Program-made: the position numbers and the translations under genes
Shown: positions 11,129-22,688 of the stretch, one piece after another
Layout: every line of letters starts with the position of its first letter
Numbering within the stretch: the first letter of the stretch is position 1
Origin: Octopus bimaculoides
Lineage: Eukaryota
Assembly: GCF_001194135.2 (NCBI RefSeq)
Contig: NC_068983.1
Location: 100,485,905 to 100,531,909, forward strand
DNA length: 46,005 bases
Direction: 5' to 3'
The notes under the pieces: generated by a model
Seen by the model: only the letters and a program-made list of their open reading frames with translations
Told to the model about the DNA's origin: nothing
The model's database searches: none

Positions 11129-11220
11129 AAATAAGTAAAAGATGAAGAAATTAGTGGGTGGGCGGAGGGGTAATTTAAAAATGCCGAATTTTGCCAATTT
11201 TCTTGCAGATTCGTATTCTA
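10768..11220. mobile_element. Foldback/Helentron-like non-autonomous element
   Basis: Diverged ~85-bp inverted repeats (about 10768-10850 and 11133-11220), internal direct repeats ending in poly-A (about 10901-10960 and 11055-11125), and degenerate CCCTAA-like units at 10855-10882. Confidence 0.5.
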
Positions 11221-11374
11221 CAGATGGCTATACATAAACATATAATATTTTTCTATGTTGGAAGTGTTTCATGATTTTGCTTTGCGATTGCTTGTAGTTC
11301 TTGTAAACTTTGTGGGAGCTTGTAGGTGGTCTCTTGATCTACTGACTGACTCATCTCCATTAACTCACACGCTA

Positions 11375-11740
11375 CTGCCTTAAAAACAGAAAAAATAGAT
11401 AATGTAGTCTGGGTTTCTTGCACACAGGAGAATGACGAATAGTCACGGTCGGAATATCTTTGATCATAGGTGCCCTTGATTAGGGCTGACCTGAATCTAA
11501 AGAACAATAGCAACAGTAACATCGGAAGCCCCAGGTACTGTGGTAAAAAGTACATCATTAGAGATAACTGCGGAGAAACAACAACTATTAAACTTCGACC
11601 AAGTCTATTTTTCTTATCTGTGCTGTTACCAGCATCAGTATTTATGTGGATATAGTTATCAAGGGCGCCTCCTACAAGGCAGCTGAACCTGCTAGAAGTA
11701 ACAACCAAATCTTTCTTGTATCATGCACCATGGTCATTTT
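11375..11740 (+). mobile_element. RTE-like 3' tail fragments (SINE/LINE tails), two in tandem
   Basis: GATAATGTAGTC...TTTGATCATAGG...GGCTGACCTG...AACAATAGCAAC. Related fragments at about 3810-3965, 20070-20200 (-) and 44130-44200. Confidence 0.5.
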
Positions 11741-13929
11741 GGAAATAACATTCGATAATGTAATTCAAGACATGTCTCAAGGAAAAAAAAAAAAAAAAGG
11801 AAAAGAAAAAAGATGATTAAGACTAGACATCAACAACGTCAAACTACATATCTACCTGCCTGCCTAATCAGAGTTGACCATATTTAAACATCAAAAACAA
11901 TGTCATTTCCAAAAGTTGATTAAATCTACTAAACTACTAAGTTTCTCTCTATTATGATACGATGTCTTATCCACACAAATGTCACGTATATGCCACAAAA
12001 GTAGGATGAAATTAAAATAAGAAAGGAAGGACTGGAATTCGGTTCATGTTTTATAAAAAAAAAGTCCTTGGTATAATGATGTTGAGAGTAATATATAATC
12101 ACGCGGAGGAAGTGTTACATAGAAAATTTACACACAAAAAAAAAAGAGAGTAAAGAAAACTTGCATATTTGTTGTAAGTCGTCCTTACGGACCCACCAGA
12201 ACATAAAACCACACAAACAGAACTGAAAATCCCTTGAAATCAATAACATGAAACGCTTTAATAATTTTGGCAGCCGTGTTAAATAAATATGCTAATACAA
12301 AAGAAACGTGATATCAGTTTTATTGAAAGTGAAGTTAGTTATTTTCGTTCTTTCTTTCTTTCTTTTCACTGTTTTGTAGCAGAAGAATTGTGAAAATAAA
12401 TTCCGTGATAACAAAATGTCGTTAATTTTAATCTGAGATAAATCAAGTGCTACATGTTCTTGAATATAGAAGCTGCTAAACAATTTGTTCAATAAGATGA
12501 AGTTTTTATTTCAACAAATAATATTTAAAATGAAAACAAAAACTGATAAACCAATATAAAAGAAACATAAATATTCTAGAACTTGATGACAGATGTAGTT
12601 TTAGCTGTGTATTGTCTATTACTGGTCTAAACCATTTCATGTATACATTTGCTTTTCTAAAAGCATCAATGTAACTGAAAATTTCTTAGAATGCGATGGA
12701 CTTCACTTATATTGTAGGTGAGAAATCGATCTGAACACCTTTAATAAGTGTCTTCCTTCAACAAATAAGATATGATCTGTTAAGACATAGACTTAATCCT
12801 TCATTGGTCATTGTGTTATATAAACAATCAATATGTCTTTGTGATAAAAATATTTAGTGACTTCCTTTCGCACGATGTGAACGAAAATTAGATACTAAGG
12901 GGAAATACTTTATTTGATGAAAGCACGAAATTTAAGAGTATTAAGTAAAGAAAGAAACAAAATTAAGATAGAAAGAAAAAGGAAGAAAGAAAGATAAAAC
13001 GAAAGAGAGGATAAGGCACAAATACTTCAAAGAAAATCTAGAAATCATGCATACGAACATAGGTATATAAGCGTATTTGTACGTGCATATGCTTATTGAT
13101 TTATACAGTTAATGTAAGGAAAATACTCTTAACGAATTTATTTTGTTATTAGCTTTAAAGTGGAATAGCTTTTAGCAGAATCAGAACCGTCATATACTAT
13201 CAAAGAATGTCACATGAAAGTCAAATCAAAGCGAGAAGCAATGCTTCAGCTGCTTTTAGTTTTGTTATTCAAGTGAAATGAATTTATGAAGTGTCAAGTT
13301 ATGGAAGCTAATTTAAAAGAATATTTAAGACATCGATCCAAGTTTAAAGCAACGAAAAGAAAGGGTCAAATGTTATCGGAGAGTTTGTGGCAAAGAACCA
13401 TTTCCACTTTCGTAATAAGTGTTAAAATCAATTCCTTTGTCAATGATTATCGTTTTCATTGGCTGGTTTCTGATGATGTTGACTGGTTGCCATCATTTCA
13501 TTTTCTAATTCATGAGATATTCTTTTTTCTAATAGTTGTCTTCGTTTTGTTCATCTATGTATCAGATTTTCAAAGTTTTTTTTTTTTGCTGAAGCTGTTT
13601 TCTTAAATTGTTTATCTGTATATCATGTCTCAATTATCAATAATAAACAAGGCCCAAGACTTTTAATCTAAGGAAAGGATATGTTAAATCAATTTACTCA
13701 ATTCAGTATATCACTACTTATTATTTTATCAACTCACATGTTTGACAGGTATTTCAATTAGAACTTAAGAAACGGAAAGAACAAAGTGGGATACAAAGAA
13801 AATTATTTGTTCAAGATGTAACTCATTCCTTGTAATCCCACCACGTTGTGCACTGATCTAAGTCAGTAATTTCAACTTTTTCGATACACATAAATATATA
13901 TGTATGTATATATATATATAAATATATAA

Positions 13930-13964
<35 letters not shown>

Positions 13965-14339
13965 NNNNNNNNNNNNNNNNNNNNNNNNNNNNNNNNNNNN
14001 NNNNNNNNNNNNNNNNNNNNNNNNNNNNNNNNNNNNNNNNNNNNNNNNNNNNNNNNNNNNNNNNNNNNNNNNNNNNNNNNNNNNNNNNNNNNNNNNNNNN
14101 NNNNNNNNNNNNNNNNNNNNNNNNNNNNNNNNNNNNNNNNNNNNNNNNNNNNNNNNNNNNNNNNNNNNNNNNNNNNNNNNNNNNNNNNNNNNNNNNNNNN
14201 NNNNNNNNNNNNNNNNNNNNNNNNNNNNNNNNNNNNNNNNNNNNNATATATATATATATATATATATATAAACATTTGTCCGGCGCACTCACAATTTTCC
14301 CATCTCACCGCCAGATACGCAGTAAAGATAATCCTCTCC

Positions 14340-14440
14340 AGTATAGGCACAATCAGAGCGTAACCAACATCGGCGGCATTTGTACTTAGAACGTAACAGC
14401 ATTTTGCCCAGCGTGCTAACAATTCTGCCAGCTCGCCACA
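14340..14440 (-). mobile_element. SINE family 1, partial
   Basis: GCGTGCTAACAATTCTGCCAGCTCGCC is the reverse complement of the head. Confidence 0.7.
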
Positions 14441-14745
14441 TTACGTGTATAAAATAGGCCAAAATATTTTCATTGAGCGTAAAGTACCCCACGAAAAAGA
14501 ATATGTTGGCAAATCATTTGTCATCAATTTTTCGTCTTCAGCGTCTAATGTAACCAGTAACAAAAATATTGTGATCGAATAACTGAGAATTCAGAGCTAT
14601 AACGTTTGACCCACAAGATGGAAATAGAGATAATGTCCGACCGAAACCATTAAGAGATAAACAAAGTAGTAATGATCATGTAAGTAGAAATCGTGTCCGT
14701 GTGTATAAAGATAAAAGAAGGCATCAAGAATCTCTTGTAATGATA

Positions 14746-14958
14746 CTGATTTCAAGTTTTGGCACAAGGCCAGAAATTTCAGAGGAGTGGGTAAGTCGAT
14801 TACATTGACCCAGTTCTCAACTGGTACTTATTTTATCAACCCCGAAAGGATGAAAGGCAAAGTCAACCTCTGCGGAATTTGAACTCAGAAAGTGAAGACG
14901 GACGGAATGCTTCCCAGCATTTCGTCCGGCATGCTAACGATTGTACCAGCTCGCCACC
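14746..14958 (-). mobile_element. SINE family 1 copy
   Basis: Reverse complement of the head, core and tail. Confidence 0.85.
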
Positions 14959-14976
14959 ATTGTGTAAGCACAGAAT

Positions 14977-15159
14977 ATTGGTTTCAAATTGTGGCACAAG
15001 GCTAAACATTTGGAGCGAGGGGGTAAGTCGACTACATCGATCCAATTAGTACTTATTTTATCGACACCGAAGCAGAACTTCAACCCGGAACGTGAAGACG
15101 GACGAAATACCACTAAGCATTCTACCCGGCGTGTTAACGATTCTGCCAGCTTGCCGCTT
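14977..15159 (-). mobile_element. SINE family 1 copy (tandem with the previous one)
   Basis: Reverse complement with the core partly deleted. Confidence 0.85.
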
Positions 15160-15311
15160 TATCTCTTTAATAATATTGATAAGAACATGTACCCTCACAA
15201 AACAGTAGTGCTGCCGTTAATAGTAGAATTAAAACCCGAAATCAATATAGCCTTGTAGTGAATCGCGGAAATATACAAGCTCGTAAAAATAAGTTGTAAC
15301 GAAAGAAATAA

Positions 15312-15476
15312 ATTCGTCTGTCTTTAGGTTCTGAGTTCAAATTCTACTGTGGCCGACTTTACCTTCCATCATTTCGGGGATGATAAAATAAGTACTAGTT
15401 GAGCAGTGGGATCGATGTAATCGACTTACTCCCTCTTCCTCGAAATTGGTCGCCTTGTACCAAAATTTGAAACCAA
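15312..15476 (+). mobile_element. SINE family 1, 5'-truncated
   Basis: TTCTGAGTTCAAATTC...CCATCATTTCGGGG...GAAACCAAT. Confidence 0.8.
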
Positions 15477-15574
15477 TATATAGAGATGAATGTATATGTG
15501 TGTACGCACCCCAGACATATATTTATAAATGTATAAATACATGTATTATATATGTATATTTATATGTGTGTACA

Positions 15575-15605
<31 letters not shown>

Positions 15606-15893
15606 TTCTGGGTTAACAAGGCAACCAATGATTTCATGTAAAGAGATCCTCACAATTGTTCAAGCGTACCACATGAATGTTACGGTATTTGTCTCTCATT
15701 CAAAATAAAGATGAGTACTAACAAGTCCAAGTAATATGTTCGAGCAATTGTGAAGATCTCTTCACATGAAGCCATCGGTTGCCTTCTTAACCAACAAATA
15801 AAGAATATTTACCGATGCAGTGTTGAATACTTATCTCCACTGTTCGATGTCAGCGCGCGCACACACATGTATGTATGTGTGTGTGTGTGTGAA

Positions 15894-15950
<57 letters not shown>

Positions 15951-16020
15951 GGTAACTTGCGAAAGTATAGCTTTGCCATCATGGGTAATAACAGAAAATA
16001 TGGCATGCACACAATAATTG

Positions 16021-16465
16021 TCTCATGGTAAATATCGCAGTATTGAGTGTTCTAACACAACAGCAACTTTTAAGCGGTGATAAATTTTACCTTCAGCTAT
16101 TAACACTGTTTCTGCCACTTCAATTATTTTTTAATAATCCCACTTTTAGCGACGCCAGTACCTGATTGGGCTCTGTGATTCTATGTATATCGCTAGCGGG
16201 ACGGTTACGGCTATTCCTAGCAATCAAATATCTACCATTGACAGGGCCCAAGAAGGTCGAAACCACGTGATCTGGTAATCTTGGCAGGAGTAATTGTCTT
16301 TCACTAGCGGTGTATACAGGAGTGCTCATATGCACCACAAAACCACATGTGTGAGATTTTCTCATGGTAAATATTGTAACATTGTGTATTCTAAAACACC
16401 CACTTTTAAATGGTGATAAATTTTACTTTTTGTTATTAATACTGTTTTTGTCACTTAAATTATGT
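16021..16465. repeat. Two diverged ~105-bp direct repeats flanking a ~230-bp more GC-rich core
   Basis: CTCATGGTAAATAT...GGTGATAAATTTTAC...ACTT(C/A)AATTAT at about 16021-16127 and 16361-16463. Confidence 0.7.
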
Positions 16466-16680
16466 ATGTTTGTACACACACACATATTTGCATATAGCTC
16501 ACGCACACATACACGTGTGTGTGTGTATGTGTGTGTGAGTATGTGAGTGAGTGAGTGAGTGAGTATGTACATATGCATATATTCATTTTTATTTGCGATT
16601 TGGTACTAACTAAATGAACTATTTCAAGTTCCTCTTTGAACTCTCCTCAGAGACAAATCTGTGGAAGCCAGATGCTACAA

Positions 16681-16717
<37 letters not shown>

Positions 16718-17719
16718 TGCGTGTGTTCACAAACTGACAGCAAATGCAACCCTTGGATACAGATATAAACTTTGAAATATAAACATAATTCAAAGCGGTC
16801 GCTTTTCATTTATATAGTTCTACCTGATGATAGGTAAACAAGGAACTAAACTAACATTTTGAAATTAAATTTACTTTTAAAATCTATACAGAGAGTTTAG
16901 AAGTTAATTGGTTGATACCTAATATTGATACAACCTTCAGGTGTTAATACGGACAGTAAATGTTAATATTAAAATGTATGTAGTCAGATAATCATTTACT
17001 TAGAACGAATCCAGATTTTAGCTTTTGACATATATACCCGTAATGCAGAGAGTCACGTTTCAATCAATTATATTCTCTGAGTTAGCTACACTGCATTAGT
17101 TTGAATCAGTTCAAACATTATATAAACAAAGATTTTCAAAAAGTATTAAGGAAGTACATAAGATGAATAATATTTATTATTATCCAACTTTAAGCATCAA
17201 CTTATTGCAACTATCAAAGGCTTACCGAACGCAAATTACGACAGTATCCTTTAAAAAACCGAAGAAGATTTAGATACGTTGTACTGACTAGCTTATTTTT
17301 ACGAACTAATACCACAGAGGAAATATTTAATTTTCAGTTTTTTTTTTAATGGTCAGGTATTAAAAGCTAACACTTGGGAATCCTGCTAAAATATGCTAAA
17401 TCTATATTCACGTACGTATGCCAGCTGAAGATGCAACACTCCAAAACTTGGAATTGAGTGTATTGACTAAAACAAAGACTTTTAATGACACAGGACAGTT
17501 GTGGTGATGATGATTCTATTAGCAAAAGAACCACTGATAAGTAAGAAATCGGAAACGTTTAATGCATGTAACTGTAACAAATATAGGAAGATATCGCAAT
17601 TATCAAACCATTTTGTGCACTCGTGGATGTCTAATAGTTAGTATTAGTGCGTTATGCGCAAATATTATATCTTGTGATAATTGCATCGCATCCTGTTATT
17701 ACAATTGCTCTAAGACTTC

Positions 17720-18047
17720 TGTAGTAACGCCTGCGCATGCGTAGTTTTACGCATGCGTAGAATAAAACAAGCAAGCGTTTCCCGCTCAATTCATTCTCTT
17801 TCACGCTGGCCAGCGATTGAGCATGGACGTGTGTTTAAAAGCTGTCCCTACATCTTTCGGTCTTATACTCGACAGCTCGTTATTCTCACCTCTAAAGATG
17901 TATAACAAAAGATATGTATGTTTTACCAAGTAAATAAATGTTGTTTAAGTTGTTTAGTCTGGAGTTCAGCGTTCCGTCAATTTCTTTAATTTTATGGTGG
18001 AAAGTTAGGTATACAATCTAAAGATGTATAACCCTCTTTCCACTAAA
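17720..18047 (+). mobile_element. Solo LTR-like element, copy 3 (subfamily A)
   Basis: Starts TGTAGTAAC with the same body as copy 1. CTTC at 17716-17719 and 18048-18051 is a TSD. Confidence 0.75.
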
Positions 18048-18621
18048 CTTCTAACTTTGTGTTCGTTATGTATTGGTTCAAGGCATCTTTTAAAAAAATC
18101 TTTTGTAAATAATTTCAATATGCTGTATATATTTGTTCTTCACATCAGATTTATTATTGTTCGTATTTTGTCCTTTGTCCGAAAATGTTTCGCCACACAT
18201 CATGTGACCGCTTCACCGATTCTATTTTCCACGTGTGGTTTATCCTTTTAATACACAAAACTTGATTTGTCCTTTTAGACATGTAAATGGATCTATTATC
18301 TAAAATATTTTATTTTGGTAAGGTTTATGATCAATAAATACTTGCGAACCTTATCCCTAAATTATAATGGAATGATGGTTTGTACTTTCTTTTCAACAGG
18401 GAAGATCTTTTCCATACATTTTTTTACTACAGAGGTGTATCAGAGGAAATACTTTATGATATTGCTACTTACAATATGCGCGTGCACACCTGGATAGGGT
18501 CATGATTTATGAGCACTGTGTAATGAGCAGTGAAAGCATGATGCCATTAGCAATCAATACTTCAAAAGAAGAGAAAATGAAGAACAAGAAGAAATTAAAT
18601 GTAAAATCAAAAACATCTCAC

Positions 18622-18766
18622 AATTGAATGATATCCAGGTCGATCGTGACACCACTGACAATCTACTTCTAGTGGTTTGACAGTCCGTCGATATTCTATA
18701 GTCGCTTTCAAAGCTTTCTCGGCAACATCAATATCCCAGTCTCTTGCTTTGAGAAACCGGCAAAGA
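18622..18766 (-). CDS. Internal coding exon of the same CRAL-TRIO gene (CRAL_TRIO_N helical region)
   Basis: Acceptor ctctctttatccag|T CTT TGC CGG and donor TCA ATT|GTGAGA. 145 nt encode (x)LCRFLKARDWDIDVAEKALKATIEYRRTVKPLEVDCQWCHDRPGYHSI, containing the LxRFLxARxWDxxxA motif of CRAL_TRIO_N. Splicing gives the continuous reading ...GYHSI|RQVGFD... Confidence 0.9.
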
Positions 18767-19296
18767 CTGGATAAAGAGAGAAATGACAAAGAATTAGAAA
18801 TGGCAAAATAGCAATGCATTACGAAAATCTCAATCCTAATGATTGAAATATATAAAAGAAAACAAAAAATAGCTTCCACCGTTGTTAAATGTCAAGTAAA
18901 TTTATCACTTTGGCCATAAAATATGTTCGCCTCTTCCATGCTCTTCACGTTAAGAACTTACTATGGAATATGTACTCTACTACATATACATAGATACAAG
19001 GAGACGCAGAGTTTCGCATGACCACATAGCGATATACAGAGTCACATCTAAAGACAAACATAATTATATCTATTAAAAAGAATTTGACAAATGTATAAAT
19101 CAACTGAGAAATTTAAACATTAAAACACAAAACAGAAACGGAAATAAAAATTCCTGTCGTGAATTTATGGTTATTATTCTGAGGTCATGCATCACATTTT
19201 TTAAAAATCAATAGGATATATCTTCATAAGGTCTATATATTATATGCTGTTGCGAATTGCAAGTAATACATTTCTCCTTTTAATGTTAACTATGGT

Positions 19297-19515
19297 TAGG
19301 ACGGCGAGCTGGCAAAAACGTTAGCACACCGGGCAAAATGTTTAGCAGTATTTCGTCTGTCTTTACGTTACGAGTTCAAATTCCGGCGAGGTCGACTTTG
19401 CCCTTCATCCTTTCGGGGTCGATAGATTAAGTACCAGCTGCGTATTGGAGTAGATCTAATCGGCTGGCCCCCACTCCCCAAAAATTTCGGGCCTTGTGCC
19501 TAGAGTAGAAAAGAA
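19297..19515 (+). mobile_element. SINE family 1 copy
   Basis: Full head and core. Confidence 0.85.
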
Positions 19516-19749
19516 TCGTTAGAGCAACGGACAAAAATGCGTTCGCTAATCATTTGATAAGTTGTTTAAAATATCCTGGGTAATAATGAATATTCCTAAT
19601 CTTATGTATCGCCTGAATATTTTTTTGAAAATCTTTGTTTATATAATGCTCGAGTTGACTCAAATTAATGTAACGTAGCTAACTCAGAGAATATAATTAG
19701 GTGGATTGAAAAATAACTCTGCATTAAGGGGATATTTGTTAAAAACTAC

Positions 19750-19872
19750 ATTCTGAGTTCAAATTCAGTGGAGATCGACTTTGCCTTTTTTTCAAGGTCG
19801 ATAAAATAAGTACCAGTTGGGCACTAGCCTCTCACTGAAAATTGCTGCCTTGTACCAAAATTAAACACCATT
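19750..19872 (+). mobile_element. SINE family 1, partial
   Basis: TTCTGAGTTCAAATTC...GGTCGATAAAATAAGTACCAG. Confidence 0.75.
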
Positions 19873-20976
19873 GCTAACTATTGTAGAGTTAGACGACGGG
19901 TCGTAAGTTCGCATCCTATCGCATTAATCAGCTGATAATTCCCTTCACCCTAGAAGAAATCGTTTAGCAATTATATTTGACTAATAATAATGATGATAGT
20001 TGAATCCATCACCGCAGACATCGCAGTGATCACTTACATAGCAAAGATAAGAATTTACGAAGAGGTTGTTGGCTTCGTCATAGTTATTTAGCCCCAAATC
20101 AGCCCTGATCTAGCAGACTGATGATCAATAGCTTTCTAGCCGTCAATAACTTGTCGATCTAGTGGTGTCTAAGACTACATCAAGAGGTTATCTATAGAAC
20201 ATTAAACATTTACCGTTTAAATAACATTTTGGTATATTATACACCATTTAAATTGCTTGCACTGTTTGAACTTCCTCCTTATTGGAAGTAGTATTCTGAA
20301 GTGAATCTTTAAGGCGAAGAAGTTCGTGTTGATGGAGGCCACTGAGTGGGAACATTCAAGAAAATGCAGCATGCTGATATTTAACAAATTACCATTGCTT
20401 CTTTTCTTAATATATATCTAAAAGATTATATAATCTAAGATGGTCCTGATCGAAAATAAAATGCTTCTTGTTTGTAAACAGTGGCAGTGGCAGTAACTAC
20501 TACCACTCCAGGCAAGTAGACGAGCAGACTTTAAATAAGAAATTAAATTCAAATTCACTTTCATTGAAATATAATTAATGGACAAAGTTTTCTTTTTCTT
20601 TTACCTCAGTAATAATTTGAGTATAAGTAATATTGTAAGTATAGTTCATAGTTGTCAGTTTAACTGCAAAGTTACATTAAATATAAAGAATGAGACCTGA
20701 AAGAGCTATATCTATTGCAGTAACAAGCACAGATCTAGATACGCACGCACACATTCACATCCACTTGCGCATTTATTTGCCTTTCGTTTTATAATAAATT
20801 GTTGAAACTCAAGTAATATTTTAAGCACGCGTGCACACAATATATATTATATATATTCTGTTACGAATAATTTAAGCAGAATTACAATGATTCGAATTTA
20901 ACTTATTGGCCAAGAACTGGTTGCATATTTTGCGTGCAACGGGAAATTAAGTACTCATAATTTGGATAATCATATT

Positions 20977-20977
20977 A

Positions 20978-21046
<69 letters not shown>
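20977..21046. repeat. (TCTA)n microsatellite
   Basis: Directly visible. Confidence 0.95.
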
Positions 21047-21310
21047 GTATGTATGTGTCTGTTGTTGGTTGTTGGCACTCCGTCGCTTACGACGTCGAGG
21101 GCTCCAGTTGATCCGATATATATATATATATATATATANNNNNNNNNNNNNNNNNNNNNNNNNNNNNNNNNNNNNNNNNNNNNNNATATATATGTATGTA
21201 TGTATGTATGTATTTATATATAAAGTCTACTCAACACATGGATTTGAACGGAGATATAATGTGTATGTATGTATGTATATATATATGTGTGTGTGTGTGT
21301 GTGTTTGTGC

Positions 21311-21348
<38 letters not shown>

Positions 21349-21367
21349 GTGCGTGTGTGTGTGTGTG

Positions 21368-22220
21368 CGTGGTCTGATCAATAAGTATCCAGACTGTTGA
21401 CATAGTAACGAAGCTAAAGCAAGCAGAGTGAAGCCGCACGACACAGATTGATCTTCAACTCTGCTGTGCATGCGCACAAAGTCTTAACGTTCTATTTCAC
21501 TTCCACTGTTTACAGCAGTTCTTGTAGCGGGTGATCGTCACATTAACCATAACAGAGAAAGTTGAGCAGAGAACCTGCAACAAATTTTGCCGAAAGCTTG
21601 TCGATACCTGCTCAGGGGCCTACGCAAAGGTTTCAAAAAGTTTTCTTCGTTCTTAACACAATCAAGTAGATCTTGTGCAACTGAAGCACGTTTGTCATTT
21701 TGGTCAGCTGAAAGCAGTTTTGGTACAAACTTGGCAGACACGCGTCTCACACCCAAATCTTCATTGCTAATGGACTGAACTGAACTGTAACTAATTCGCA
21801 CAACTCTGATAACGCAGAGATGGTGATTCGACGATTTCATCTCACAGCTGCAATGTTTTTCTCAGTTCTGCTGGTTGCGGGTCTGCCAGAATGTTCGTCA
21901 ATATCGACATTTTATGAGCCATCTTCGAAACGTCTGAACCACTCATACACTTGTGTGTGGCTCATACACTTTCTGCAAATTTGCACATACCTCTGCGCAG
22001 GTATCACCATGGCAACTTTCTCTGTGATGGTCAATGCGACGAACACACGCTACACACGTTCCTTCAAAGCACTGCTGTAAACAGCCGAAGTGAGCTAGAA
22101 CGTTAAAATTTAGTGCACATGCACAGCAGAGTCCAAGGTCAATCTGTACCAAGCGGCTTCACTGCATGCTTTAGCCTCAGTACTATGGCAACAGTCCGGA
22201 TACTTATTGATCAGAACTCG
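21368..22220. mobile_element. Non-autonomous mariner derivative built from two inverted 5' ends
   Basis: TIRs GGTCTGATCAATAAGTATCCAGACTG and CAGTCCGGATACTTATTGATCAGAACTCG|TA. The + strand gives the transposase N-terminus (TEKVEQRTCNKFC). The - strand gives the N-terminus through YEWFRRFEDG, SGRPATS and RRVSAKFVPKLL to EENFLK. Confidence 0.85.
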
Positions 22221-22316
22221 TATACTAGTAGAAACATCTGTCACTGACTGGGTTGAAAAAGCTGCCAAAAGTGTATTAGGAATATTGAAAGTTATTCACT
22301 TAGATTGTATTGAACA

Positions 22317-22688
22317 TGTAGTGACGTCATTTGGCGCCAAGGTACGGTCGCCATTGCTGCGTTTTTATCCACGCATGCGTGGAGTTCAACATCTAAGCGT
22401 TCCCGCTTTTTTCATTCTCTTTTCTCGCCAGCCTGCGAAGAGGTAACATAGGTCCTACAGAGCTCTCTCATTGAGCGTGGTCGTACCAGGCTGTCTCTCC
22501 AACAATCCAACTCTGGGGACGGCTCACAGCAACATTCCGGCGTCTCAGCAACCAATTTAAGGCTGCCTATTTCATCCATAAATAAATATTGTTGTGTTGA
22601 TAGTTCAGAGTTCTGCGTTTCGTTGTTATTCCGAATTTAATATAGGAAAGCAGGTATACACCTAATGGTGTATAACCGCTTTCCTAAA
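22317..22688 (+). mobile_element. Solo LTR-like element, copy 4 (subfamily B)
   Basis: Starts TGTAGTGAC. Shares AAGCGTTCCCGC, the CATTCTCTTT block, AATAAA and the terminal hairpin. AACA TSD at 22313-22316 and 22689-22692. Confidence 0.7.

Larger units (their letters stand above)
1096..18621 (-). other. 17,526-bp phase-0 GT-AG intron of the CRAL-TRIO gene
   Basis: Lies between the two exons. The joined peptide needs no intervening coding exon. Confidence 0.75.

Noticed and set aside
11253-11708. 151-aa minus-strand ORF
   Set aside because: It overlaps RTE-like repeat tails, has no recognisable domain and no splice support.
18961-19048. Candidate upstream exon ending CCATA|GTAAGT, phase-2 compatible
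   Set aside because: The implied peptide (LCISLCGHAKLCVSLYLCICSRVHIPY) does not resemble a CRAL-TRIO N-terminus, and the frame has a stop just after the nearest acceptor.
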